This document shows, piece after piece, positions 23,502 to 32,523 of a DNA stretch of 64,000 nt. The position numbers and the translations under genes are program-made. Source of the DNA: a virus. How positions within the stretch are numbered: position 1 is the stretch's first letter; the number at the start of each line of letters is the position of its first letter. The stretch lies in the IMG/VR virus record IMGVR_UViG_3300044568_003163, positions 14,879-78,878 of that record. The stretch is one strand, 5' to 3'. Below the pieces are notes generated by a model. That model saw nothing but the letters and a program-made list of their open reading frames with translations. It had not been told where the DNA came from and made no database searches.

Positions 23502-24063
23502 TTTTTATAATTGAGTTTTTAATTAAGAGTTTTTCGATTTCTACTATTGATTGTTCAATAGATTTTACAGATGAATCAATTTCGATAAATCGATTTTTCC
23601 ATTTACCAGAATCCGAATGATTTTTGTAATAGTCATAATACCAATCGAACGAATCTTTTTGTTTAATAAAGTCGTTTTGAGAATAGATGATTCGATCTTT
23701 TGGTTTTCGTTCTACGTATTTTTCGTATGTAGTTGAAAGATAAATTATGGCAAAATTATTATCAAGGAGTAAATCACTTAATGAATCATCTTCTTTGATT
23801 AGAGATTTTCTTTCAAAGAATTTTGAGTAAACTAATTCAGAAAGAAAAGAACGATCTAAGATGAAAGTTTCTTCAGGAAATGCAGAGTACATCATATTAG
23901 CCATCACATGAATTCCGTGATAGAATTCATGTAAGTTTTCAATACATTCAGGCATTTTGTCTTTTACTGACATTTGACGGAATCCGTATTTTTTAGAAAG
24001 TATTTCTGCAATCGAAGATTTTCCTGTTCGAGAAAGTCCTTCAAGTATAATTAGTTTTGCCAT
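23491..24063 (-). CDS. P-loop deoxynucleoside monophosphate kinase-like protein (T4 gp1-like)
   Basis: 190 aa; MAKLIILEGLSRTGKSSIAEIL resembles T4 gp1 MKLIFLSGVKRSGKDTTADFI (recalled). Confidence 0.55.
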   Translation of the reverse strand: MAKLIILEGLSRTGKSSIAEILSKKYGFRQMSVKDKMPECIENLHEFYHGIHVMANMMYSAFPEETFILDRSFLSELVYSKFFERKSLIKEDDSLSDLLLDNNFAIIYLSTTYEKYVERKPKDRIIYSQNDFIKQKDSFDWYYDYYKNHSDSGKWKNRFIEIDSSVKSIEQSIVEIEKLLIKNSIIKNAK

Positions 24064-24085
24064 AATTGTTATATGATGAAATCGA

Positions 24086-25375
24086 TTATTTGGTTAAGCA
24101 AGTGCGAATATCATTTACAATTCTATCACATGCAGACTCATATGATTCGTGGTCATATCCTACTTTGTGACATAATTCTCGCATTTGAGTTTCGCCGATA
24201 GTGCCAATCGTATGTAATGCAGTTCTTAATTGATATGCAACATCTTTTACGTCGGGTTTGTGAGTATTAACAGAATCAATTTTCGTGAAGTAAGGATATT
24301 CAGCATGACCAGCTTTTATCATTTTGTGCAGGTAGTTATTTACTCGAGGAAATACTAAAATGTTTTTTGCCATCATAGCTTCGCAATGAGTTACACCACC
24401 ATGAACTTCAGTAACAAATAAATTACAAGCAATATGGGTTTTGTTGATAAACCTTAAATAATCTTCTCGAGTAAATTTTTCGTTATTTGGCATTACTTCG
24501 ACGTGACCTTTTGATAAATCATTAATCAATTGTAATTGTTCATCAGTTACTTTACGAGTAGGATTTAACATTACAGCTCTGAAAGGTTTGTCGGTGATAG
24601 TAGATAAAATTCCAATTGCTTCGGCAAATGAATCGTAATTAGTGTAACGATTTGCAGTATCTGAAATTCGATTACCAAAGTAAATTGTAGGAATTTCAAA
24701 TTTTTCATCGTTATGGTATTTTGCAATTTCTGCATAATGAGCACCTACACCCCATACTGACTGAGGAGCAAGTATTTCTCGAGTTTTAAATAGAATATCA
24801 TAAGCTTCCATTGCTTCTACTCTACCAGCTTCACATTGAAATGCAGCAATATCAGATGCAATAAAAGATTCCATTTGTCTTTCGTAATAACGAATTTTCT
24901 GCGGAACTTTATTTGCAATAGGAGAATCTAAGAAATAATTTGTAGAAATGATTTTCACTTCTTTGTTTCCAATAGTTTCAAATGCAACTCGCCAATTTTT
25001 TGTTAATGTGTTTTCGTCATTAATCATTACATCGACATGAGGAAATCTTACAAGATTTGTTTGATGGTAATCGAAGTTGAAATTGTAACGAGAGGTCACA
25101 GGAGAAATAGGAATAATGTCTTCGTAAATTTGAATTGATGAATGATATTTCTCATCAAATAATTCGTAAATGTCGATCACATCATCGCAATGACCTGCAG
25201 GTGGTAATTTTACAATGAAATGGAATTCGTTAGGATTTTGTTCTAATATGGTTGAAATTATACCAACCGCAATATTAGTACATGCATCGTTTCTTAATAA
25301 CCATTGAGGATAACCATTTCGATTAGTGAAATTAGAAACTTGAATTGCATAAAAGATTGTTGTTTTTTTATTCAT
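24086..25375 (-). CDS. hypothetical protein (429 aa) within nucleotide-modification cluster
   Basis: ORF extends to 25432 but overlaps upstream gene; ATG at 25375 (MNKKTTIFYAIQ) sits 5 nt after stop of 25380-26105. Confidence 0.5.
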   Translation of the reverse strand: MNKKTTIFYAIQVSNFTNRNGYPQWLLRNDACTNIAVGIISTILEQNPNEFHFIVKLPPAGHCDDVIDIYELFDEKYHSSIQIYEDIIPISPVTSRYNFNFDYHQTNLVRFPHVDVMINDENTLTKNWRVAFETIGNKEVKIISTNYFLDSPIANKVPQKIRYYERQMESFIASDIAAFQCEAGRVEAMEAYDILFKTREILAPQSVWGVGAHYAEIAKYHNDEKFEIPTIYFGNRISDTANRYTNYDSFAEAIGILSTITDKPFRAVMLNPTRKVTDEQLQLINDLSKGHVEVMPNNEKFTREDYLRFINKTHIACNLFVTEVHGGVTHCEAMMAKNILVFPRVNNYLHKMIKAGHAEYPYFTKIDSVNTHKPDVKDVAYQLRTALHTIGTIGETQMRELCHKVGYDHESYESACDRIVNDIRTCLTK

Positions 25376-25379
25376 TAAA

Positions 25380-26105
25380 TTACATTTTAGAATAGTTAAT
25401 AGTAGAGTGTGGTAGGTTTTGTATGTAATCAAAATCCTTTTTGAAAACGTGAGCAGAAACTACAGACGAAGAAAATTTACCTGGTTCAACTTCTAGTTTT
25501 TCTGCTAATTCGCAAGTAAATCGACCCCATAAGTACATATCAAGCTTAAGGACTTGTGCCATATTTTGAGATCGCATATGAACATGAACATTTAGCTTTT
25601 CATCTCGGATAAAGAAAGTAGCAGAATCGGTACATGGAAATTCTAAAGATTCGTTTTTATCTAAAAGATTAAGGTCATCTTTATCGAGAATCATAATGAC
25701 TGCTCTTCGAGTATCAGGTTTATCTCGCAATTCCTTTTCGATTGTAGGTAATTGTGATAAAATACGAGGACCATAGAAGGTATTGAAGTTTTCTGGAAGT
25801 TGGTCAGACTTTGGCTTTTCCATAAACTTAGTGACGTTTGGATATTTGTCGATAATTTCGGTTGAGTCTGTGCAACCGTTCATCATCCAACGATAAAAGG
25901 TATCAGCATAATCATAGTCTAATTTACCAATCAACTCGTTCGTAAATTGATAACTGGTTAAATCGAGTACATCATAACTCAATCCTGTAATTTCATGTAC
26001 TTCACCAATGCGAGAAGTAGTTTGAAATTCAGGATTGTCTATAATATGCTGAGAAGTTTGTAAGAAAGCTTCTTCAAAAGTTTCAAATGTAGAATATTTG
26101 TGCAT
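25380..26105 (-). CDS. thymidylate synthase superfamily enzyme; dCMP hydroxymethylase-like
   Basis: 241 aa; DTRRAVIMI, FPCTDSATFFIRDEKLNVHVHMRSQN...KLD closely parallels T4 gp42 DSRRGIMIY...FMCTNTVQYLIRDKKINAVVNMRSND...RND (recalled); Asp at the position that is Asn in ThyA. Confidence 0.6.
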   Translation of the reverse strand: MHKYSTFETFEEAFLQTSQHIIDNPEFQTTSRIGEVHEITGLSYDVLDLTSYQFTNELIGKLDYDYADTFYRWMMNGCTDSTEIIDKYPNVTKFMEKPKSDQLPENFNTFYGPRILSQLPTIEKELRDKPDTRRAVIMILDKDDLNLLDKNESLEFPCTDSATFFIRDEKLNVHVHMRSQNMAQVLKLDMYLWGRFTCELAEKLEVEPGKFSSSVVSAHVFKKDFDYIQNLPHSTINYSKM

Positions 26106-26137
26106 AAAAAATAGTTTTAAATCTTATGCAAAATTTG

Positions 26138-26491
26138 CTATTTTGTATCAAGTAATTTTACTTTAGCAACACAAAGTTTTTCTTTGATTTTATCAGTTTT
26201 GATTTTACCAAATCTAGAGAAGACCATTCGGGTCATATTAGGATTGATTCTATCCTTAATGATATTATCTAGTTCCTCACCTTTAATATTTGAATAAGTT
26301 CTCAATTCAAATCGATCTTCTTCAATGTGAGTTAACATAATTGAACCGTTCATAAAGAAAAGCCTTTTTGCAGTTTCGAAATCTTGCTTCAAAATGAAGT
26401 CGTTCATAAACTCGTTTTTCATAGTCTTATTTAGTGTTAAGACTACCAATGATTCGTTAATGAACTCATCGTATTTTTTAAATGTGCTCAT
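26138..26491 (-). CDS. CTS-like N-terminal family member
   Basis: 117 aa; MSTFKKYDEFINESL. Confidence 0.45.
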   Translation of the reverse strand: MSTFKKYDEFINESLVVLTLNKTMKNEFMNDFILKQDFETAKRLFFMNGSIMLTHIEEDRFELRTYSNIKGEELDNIIKDRINPNMTRMVFSRFGKIKTDKIKEKLCVAKVKLLDTK

Positions 26492-26976
26492 TACTTATTT
26501 AATTTTACCTCTATGATATTTTTAGGTCCTTTAGAAATAGTGGCCTTAGGGAATTCATGTTTAATATATTTAGAATAGAGATTAAGTCTAGCTATGTTTG
26601 TAGTTTCTCCTTTCTTTTTTGCTGGTGTAAATACGAGAATATCTACTTCGGGATGTGTACTTAAGTCTTTCTTAATTACATCTACGACGGTTGCCATTAC
26701 TTTAAATAGTTCTCCCTTATTTGTTACAATATCATCTCTTTCAATGTCTGGATCTTCATCATCCGGAACATAGAATCTCACAGATAAAACGTTGTTTGCA
26801 CCTTCATAATCGTCTATGTCGTCGTATTGTAGTTCTACCGTATATGGATAGCTTGGTGTTTCAAATCCATATATTCTTGCATTGCCATAATCACCATAAA
26901 AATCAGGATGATATGCCTTTGAACTGGAATCTCCTATTTCGTTTAAGAATTCGTCGTATGATGGTAAATTTTTCAC
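26491..26976 (-). CDS. CTS-like N-terminal family member
   Basis: 161 aa; MKNLPSYDEFLNEI. Confidence 0.5.
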   Translation of the reverse strand: MKNLPSYDEFLNEIGDSSSKAYHPDFYGDYGNARIYGFETPSYPYTVELQYDDIDDYEGANNVLSVRFYVPDDEDPDIERDDIVTNKGELFKVMATVVDVIKKDLSTHPEVDILVFTPAKKKGETTNIARLNLYSKYIKHEFPKATISKGPKNIIEVKLNK

Positions 26977-27338
26977 TAGTCTTGTTTTGGTTTTTCGCCT
27001 TTACCTTTTAACCAATCGGCAACATCAGAATCCGTAGTTTCGTATCCTTTAGTTTTTCTAATGAAAGCATTTAAACGAGCATAACCCCATGCAGTATATG
27101 CTGCAGGACCTCTACCAATTTTTTGAATGTTAGGATTAACAGCACCCCAATTAGTTTCAGCTGCACCATAACCTCTTTTAAAGAGCATAGTTAATGCATC
27201 TTCGATTTGAGCAGGAGATCCACCAATAGCTTTTTTAGTTTTTGGATCGTTTGCAAGTTCCTTTATTCTATCATCTACTTTGCTATCTTCATTTAATGCA
27301 AAATCGACGAATTCGTCGTAAGTTATTAGATTTTTCAC
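26976..27338 (-). CDS. CTS-like N-terminal family member
   Basis: 120 aa; MKNLITYDEFVDFALNE. Confidence 0.5.
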   Translation of the reverse strand: MKNLITYDEFVDFALNEDSKVDDRIKELANDPKTKKAIGGSPAQIEDALTMLFKRGYGAAETNWGAVNPNIQKIGRGPAAYTAWGYARLNAFIRKTKGYETTDSDVADWLKGKGEKPKQD

Positions 27339-27346
27339 TTATTGAA

Positions 27347-28156
27347 TTATTTTGGTGTCCAAATCTTTTGAACTTTTTTATTTATATATTCAATGAGTTC
27401 GCTGAAATTAGGATCTAACGCCTGAGAGTCGAATGATTCTTTATTTGTAGAAAACGAAATCTTACCGTAAACTTCTCGAGTATCTAAATATTGAGATATT
27501 CCAGCTTTTCGCAAAGAATCTGAAAATATAACATACTCATATCTACCAGAATTATCGTCATATATAATATTAGGTAAAACTTCGTTCTTAACAAAGTATG
27601 TACAATGTACTACTGGAACTTGGATTAGTCCTTTATATTTTTGATATAATAATGTAGAGTACATATCATCATTTTCGAAATATCCATTGGTATCTATTGA
27701 TGAATGGAAATTTGAGTACATAGAGTTAGAATCTACTGAATGCAATAAAGGTGCTACTACTGGTAAATTAGTGGCCATTAGAGAATTGATAGTATGAGGT
27801 TTGATTATATTATCACAATCTGCGATAAAATAATCTGCCTTTTCGCTCATGGCAAATTGAATAGAGTCTTGTCTAATTGCTCCTAATATTTTAAATCGAT
27901 GAGTATTCCAATCGTGATTTTCTACTAACTTTAGGCTTTCATCTATCGATGAATCATCAAATACCATTTTCCATTTCCATTTCCACTTATTGTACCAATC
28001 AAATAAAACATTAGCAGTATCGTCGTTATTGTCGTTTGTTCGAATATAAAATACCGAGTCCCATCCAAGAGCAGTCTGAGCTAACATACTATCTAAATAC
28101 AATGGTAGTATATGGGCTTTTGATTTTGCGATAATAGGAATTACTAATCTACTCAT
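27347..28156 (-). CDS. glycosyltransferase, GT-A fold (DxD motif)
   Basis: 269 aa; N-terminal IPIIAKSKAHILPLYLDSMLAQT (GT2-like) and YFIADCDNII DxD motif. Confidence 0.5.
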   Translation of the reverse strand: MSRLVIPIIAKSKAHILPLYLDSMLAQTALGWDSVFYIRTNDNNDDTANVLFDWYNKWKWKWKMVFDDSSIDESLKLVENHDWNTHRFKILGAIRQDSIQFAMSEKADYFIADCDNIIKPHTINSLMATNLPVVAPLLHSVDSNSMYSNFHSSIDTNGYFENDDMYSTLLYQKYKGLIQVPVVHCTYFVKNEVLPNIIYDDNSGRYEYVIFSDSLRKAGISQYLDTREVYGKISFSTNKESFDSQALDPNFSELIEYINKKVQKIWTPK

Positions 28157-28572
28157 ATATGTTCTAGAATTTCAAGGTGAGCTTTAATCATTCTAGGTCT
28201 AGCCATTTCAAACGGCATAAAACCAGCCCAATCAACTTCTGCAGCTTGTAATTGAGACTTAGGTATGATTTCGGATTGTAAACCTATTTGGTCTAATGAT
28301 TTAATAGGTACAATATAATAAGTTAACTTCTTCCAGGGTTTTCCTGTTTTAGTTTTGATATAAAATAGCTCCATTTCTGGACCAATCAAATTTCGAGGAA
28401 CATCAATACCAATTTCCTCTTTAGTTTCTCTGATTGCTGCTTCTATATTAGTTTCACCGGCATCAACATGACCTTTAGGGATCGAATAGGTTCCATACCA
28501 TCTTCCATTAGTTGGATGAACTAATAAAATTTGGTCTTTATAGATTATTGCTAATCCTGACGAATGTTCCAT
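28153..28572 (-). CDS. Nudix hydrolase
   Basis: 139 aa; Nudix box GHVDAGETNIEAAIRETKEEIGI (Gx5Ex7REUxEExGU). Confidence 0.75.
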   Translation of the reverse strand: MEHSSGLAIIYKDQILLVHPTNGRWYGTYSIPKGHVDAGETNIEAAIRETKEEIGIDVPRNLIGPEMELFYIKTKTGKPWKKLTYYIVPIKSLDQIGLQSEIIPKSQLQAAEVDWAGFMPFEMARPRMIKAHLEILEHI

Positions 28573-30488
28573 TATTGTTTGATTAAATTTACGATGTCAC
28601 CATAAGTAACAATTTTAACTCCTAGCTTTTTAGCTTTTGCAGTTTTAGAAGTAGCAGAATCGATATCGTCAGTAATTAGATATGTTGAATCGGCAGATAA
28701 AGAAGTTTGAACATAACCATGAGGAGCAATTAATTTAACGAATTCCTCTTTAGTTTTAAATCCAAATTCTTTAGGAGAACCAGTCATTTCGAATTTAATT
28801 GAATTAGCATCGATTACTGTTTTAACTTCAGTTTCTATTATATATCCGTTAGCTTTTATCAGGTCGATTAAACGAATTACGGATTGATATTCAGGAGATG
28901 ATTGATTATAGAAAGGTGCATATGCCTCTCTAGATTTTCCTGAGAAATCTGGAGTTCCACCATCGAATAGTTTAGCAATTTGTTCGGATGTAGAGAATCC
29001 TACATTTTTAAAAGCTAATGAAGCAATGATTCGAGGCATTGTAATTGCTTTACGTTTTTCAAATGATTGTAAAATAATTTCTAATGCTCGACCTTTCTTA
29101 AAGTAACCTGACTTAATAAGATTAGCTTCGTTGAATTTTGTTTTGTCGAATAAATCAAACATGGTTTTAATACCTGCATTATAGAGATTTTCAATAGTAG
29201 CACCACCAACATTATCTAATTCGAATGTACCAATTCCTACTGATAATCGACTAATCAATTGTTCTTTACAATTTGGATTTGTACAAAGTAAATGAACACC
29301 ATCAATTTCAATTTTACATTCTAGAGTAGAACATTGAGCAGGTATGTGATCGTTAATGTCTTTAACAAATACTGGAGTGATTACGTGTCTTACGATAGGT
29401 ATAATATCACCTGATTTTACGATTACAACCTTAGCACCAGGAAATAATCCTTTGGTTTGAATATTTCCAAGATTATGTAATGCAACTCTAGAAACAGTAG
29501 TTCCATCTAAATCGATAGGTTCAAGTATACCAACTGGTTTGAATTCACCGGATTGTCCTAAGTTCCATTCGATTCTATTGATATATGTTACTGCTTCGGT
29601 TGGTGGAAATTTGATAGCCATTGCCCATTTAGGGTGATGGTCAGTTTCACCAATTTTGTTTCTTAATTCATGAGGAAATTTAATTACAAAACCATCAAGT
29701 CCATATTCACAATCATGAATTCGGTAATAATGAAACATATTGAAAATAGTTTCGAATTGAGAAGGAAAGAATGTATGAACAAAATCTGGAATAAGAAATC
29801 CATTACGTTTAAGTATTTCGAATTGTTTAGTCCCATGTTCATAAGCATTATTTTCGTGGATTCGATATTCAAAAGCAATAAAATCAAAATCATTGATTAC
29901 GCTTAAGTCTTTAATTTCATCTCGACCTAAGATACCGGCAACAAAGTTACGAGGATTTTTGTAATCCATCGAATATTTTTCGTTGAATAATTTGGTTTTG
30001 ATAATTACTTCACCACGAATTTCGATTAAACCTGGAATGTTGATTTCGTTAGGAACGATATGCATTATTTTAGAAGTAATATCAGTTCCATGAGTTCCAT
30101 TACCTCGAGTAGATGCAGTAATTAGCTTACCGTTTTTGTAAGTTAAGTTACATGAAGAACCATCAAATTTAGGTTCAGCTTCTAATTGTAAAGTTTTTTG
30201 TAATAATGTACCAGCTGAATTTGTAGATTTTTCGATCCAATCGTTGAATTTTTGAATCGGTAAAGATTTATCTTCTAAATCGTTTACTTGTGTTTTTTGT
30301 AAAGATAACATTGGAGATAGGTGCTGATTTTCTTTTGAAGTATCATCAGATCCTACTATGTTGATTACGTTTGAACCTTCAGCTCTTAGTAAATCTTCTA
30401 ATCTATCGAATGCGGTATCGGTCATTAAAGGATTACCATCGTAGTAAGCTTTCTTAGCGTCTAAATAAAGTTTTTCGTTTGTGTTCAT
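28572..30488 (-). CDS. ligA: NAD-dependent DNA ligase
   Basis: 638 aa; adenylation motif EPKFDGSS...TRGNGTHGTDIT; size and domain order of LigA. Confidence 0.85.
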   Translation of the reverse strand: MNTNEKLYLDAKKAYYDGNPLMTDTAFDRLEDLLRAEGSNVINIVGSDDTSKENQHLSPMLSLQKTQVNDLEDKSLPIQKFNDWIEKSTNSAGTLLQKTLQLEAEPKFDGSSCNLTYKNGKLITASTRGNGTHGTDITSKIMHIVPNEINIPGLIEIRGEVIIKTKLFNEKYSMDYKNPRNFVAGILGRDEIKDLSVINDFDFIAFEYRIHENNAYEHGTKQFEILKRNGFLIPDFVHTFFPSQFETIFNMFHYYRIHDCEYGLDGFVIKFPHELRNKIGETDHHPKWAMAIKFPPTEAVTYINRIEWNLGQSGEFKPVGILEPIDLDGTTVSRVALHNLGNIQTKGLFPGAKVVIVKSGDIIPIVRHVITPVFVKDINDHIPAQCSTLECKIEIDGVHLLCTNPNCKEQLISRLSVGIGTFELDNVGGATIENLYNAGIKTMFDLFDKTKFNEANLIKSGYFKKGRALEIILQSFEKRKAITMPRIIASLAFKNVGFSTSEQIAKLFDGGTPDFSGKSREAYAPFYNQSSPEYQSVIRLIDLIKANGYIIETEVKTVIDANSIKFEMTGSPKEFGFKTKEEFVKLIAPHGYVQTSLSADSTYLITDDIDSATSKTAKAKKLGVKIVTYGDIVNLIKQ

Positions 30489-30573
30489 ATCGTTTTTAAT
30501 TATAGAGTAAATTTAATCAATTTTTCCGATACTAGGAAATGTTTTGACAATTATTTACAAAACTTGTTAACAA
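30489..30573 (-). promoter_or_regulatory. intergenic cassette variant (TTGTTAACAA box ... AAATTGATTAAATTTACTCTAT)
   Basis: plus cttgttaacaattact and taaatttaatcaatttttcc; upstream of ligA start. Confidence 0.45.
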
Positions 30574-31017
30574 TTACTCGTTTCTTGCTATGTCTCTTGA
30601 CACATCTCTAGATTTAATTGTTTCTCGTTTATCATATTCTTTTTTACCTTTAGCTAGAAAGATTTCCATTTTGAAAAGTCCTCTTTCATTTTGAAATATT
30701 TTATAAGGTACAATTGAGTGGCCTTTGATGAGGTCCTTTTGTAGCTTTTTAAGTTCTTGTTTTCGCAGCAACAATTTGCGGTTGCAATCCGGTTCGTGAC
30801 TATTAGGCGAATTCTTTGCAACTGGAATATGAAGGCCTCTGACGTAAAGCTCATCATTCTCAAAAATACAATAAGTATCAGTAAGTCCAGCTAATCCTAG
30901 TCGAATAGATTTTACTTCACTGCCTTTTAATTGTATACCTGCAATTTCTGACCTCAATAAGTGATAATCAAATTTAGCTTTTCGATTGATGACGTTTACG
31001 TCTTTGACTTTTTTCAT
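30574..31017 (-). CDS. smpB: SsrA-binding protein SmpB
   Basis: 147 aa; NRKAKFDYHL, GIQLKGSEVKSIR, KRKLLLRKQELKKL, DKRETIKSRDVSRDIARNE match SmpB conserved blocks. Confidence 0.85.
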   Translation of the reverse strand: MKKVKDVNVINRKAKFDYHLLRSEIAGIQLKGSEVKSIRLGLAGLTDTYCIFENDELYVRGLHIPVAKNSPNSHEPDCNRKLLLRKQELKKLQKDLIKGHSIVPYKIFQNERGLFKMEIFLAKGKKEYDKRETIKSRDVSRDIARNE

Positions 31018-31490
31018 TATTTTAAAAATTTTCTAATTGATGAATTTAATCTCTCTAGATGTTCTTCATTTTGCAAACCAGCAAATTTCGTAACATTATC
31101 AGATATAAAAGGAATACAAATCTTTTTATTAAATACTTCTGCACCTATCCATTCAAGAATAGTGTCTAATTGAGTTATTCCTAAAATATTACCAAATGAG
31201 GTATTTGATGTACCTATTAGCAATATGTTGGTTCCTTTAAGTGTTGATGGATATCCGGAATTATCTATCAATTGCTTAAACATATAAGGAAATGATCCGT
31301 TCCATTCAGGAACTATCATAATGATATGTGTGAAATCTTTCATGTTAGGAATATCATCAGTAGCATTTGCTAAAGTAATAATACTTGTCGCACCTTTAAA
31401 TATTTCGTATTGTATGAAAGACTCACAACCTAAGGACAGCTTATAATTTAAGCCGTCCTTTGATGATTGTGTGAGTATGAGTATTTTCAT
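31017..31490 (-). CDS. flavodoxin-like fold protein (NADPH-dependent FMN reductase-like)
   Basis: 157 aa; MKILILTQSS start and alternating beta-alpha pattern. Confidence 0.4.
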   Translation of the reverse strand: MKILILTQSSKDGLNYKLSLGCESFIQYEIFKGATSIITLANATDDIPNMKDFTHIIMIVPEWNGSFPYMFKQLIDNSGYPSTLKGTNILLIGTSNTSFGNILGITQLDTILEWIGAEVFNKKICIPFISDNVTKFAGLQNEEHLERLNSSIRKFLK

Positions 31491-32500
31491 TATTTTTTAT
31501 CAGCACCACCGATGTTCATCATAACGGATTGTCCACTACCCATCATATAAGTAGGTAAGGCACCATCCCATTTTTGAATCCATTCTAATTGAATAATCTT
31601 AGGATTAGTCGAGATAGAGTTACCTTTGATTTGTAACGCTTTAGCTTCACCTTCAGCTTTTTCGATTGCAATGTTTTTATCGATTTGAGCTTGTTTTAAG
31701 GCTTCATCTTTTTGACGAGTAATTTGTACCATTGTAAGTACTTTTTGCTCTTCTAATTTCTTTTGATTAATGGAAGCTTCATATTGTTTGTTGTAGAATA
31801 CCTCTCTAATTTGAGCAACATCAACAATTATACGATTAGCCGCTAATTCTTTTTGTAGAGCTGCTTGCATTTTCGCTTGAATTTCTGCTCTTTTATCAGA
31901 GTAACAATCAATTGGTGTATATCGAGAAACCGTTAATGGCATAATAGATTTGATAGCCGGTCTAATGATATTTTCTTCAATCCAATGATATTTACCGGTA
32001 GCATCATCTGTACCAGAAGAAATATTTGAATAAATCCAAGAAGCTTCTTTAGGATCGATATGCCAGTTAATAGAAACATCGAATCCCATTTTGATACCAT
32101 CAGAGGTTGGAGCCCAAATAGCATCATCAGCCTGTTTAGCACCTTCTCCTTCAGTACCTGATAATGTATATACCCAAACAGTTTTGTCCATCAATTGAAC
32201 TTGATTATAAGGAGCTACTAAGTGCCAACCAGTAGTTAGCTCATCTGGATCTACTCCAGCAGGTGTAACTACAACTCCTACTTCTTGTGCATCAATTTTG
32301 TATAATGTCATAGACAATAATACTGAAACTGCGAAAACGATTGTACTAATTAATAGTGTAAGTTTTCCTGCAGGAAATTGCATGACTTCGTCATAATTTT
32401 TAGGATCAGCCTCATGTTTGGCGTTGATTCTAGATTGGATCGTTCCAATAATTCCATAAATAAGTCCTAATGCGGACGCAATAATTAAAAATGTTAACAT
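31490..32500 (-). CDS. SPFH/band-7 (prohibitin/HflK-like) domain membrane protein
   Basis: 336 aa; N-terminal TM segments, QEVGVVV...AQIREVFYNKQYEASINQKKLEEQ PHB-domain-like, C-terminal coiled coil. Confidence 0.65.
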   Translation of the reverse strand: MLTFLIIASALGLIYGIIGTIQSRINAKHEADPKNYDEVMQFPAGKLTLLISTIVFAVSVLLSMTLYKIDAQEVGVVVTPAGVDPDELTTGWHLVAPYNQVQLMDKTVWVYTLSGTEGEGAKQADDAIWAPTSDGIKMGFDVSINWHIDPKEASWIYSNISSGTDDATGKYHWIEENIIRPAIKSIMPLTVSRYTPIDCYSDKRAEIQAKMQAALQKELAANRIIVDVAQIREVFYNKQYEASINQKKLEEQKVLTMVQITRQKDEALKQAQIDKNIAIEKAEGEAKALQIKGNSISTNPKIIQLEWIQKWDGALPTYMMGSGQSVMMNIGGADKK

Positions 32501-32523
32501 AGTTTTTGTTTAAAGTGTTTGTA

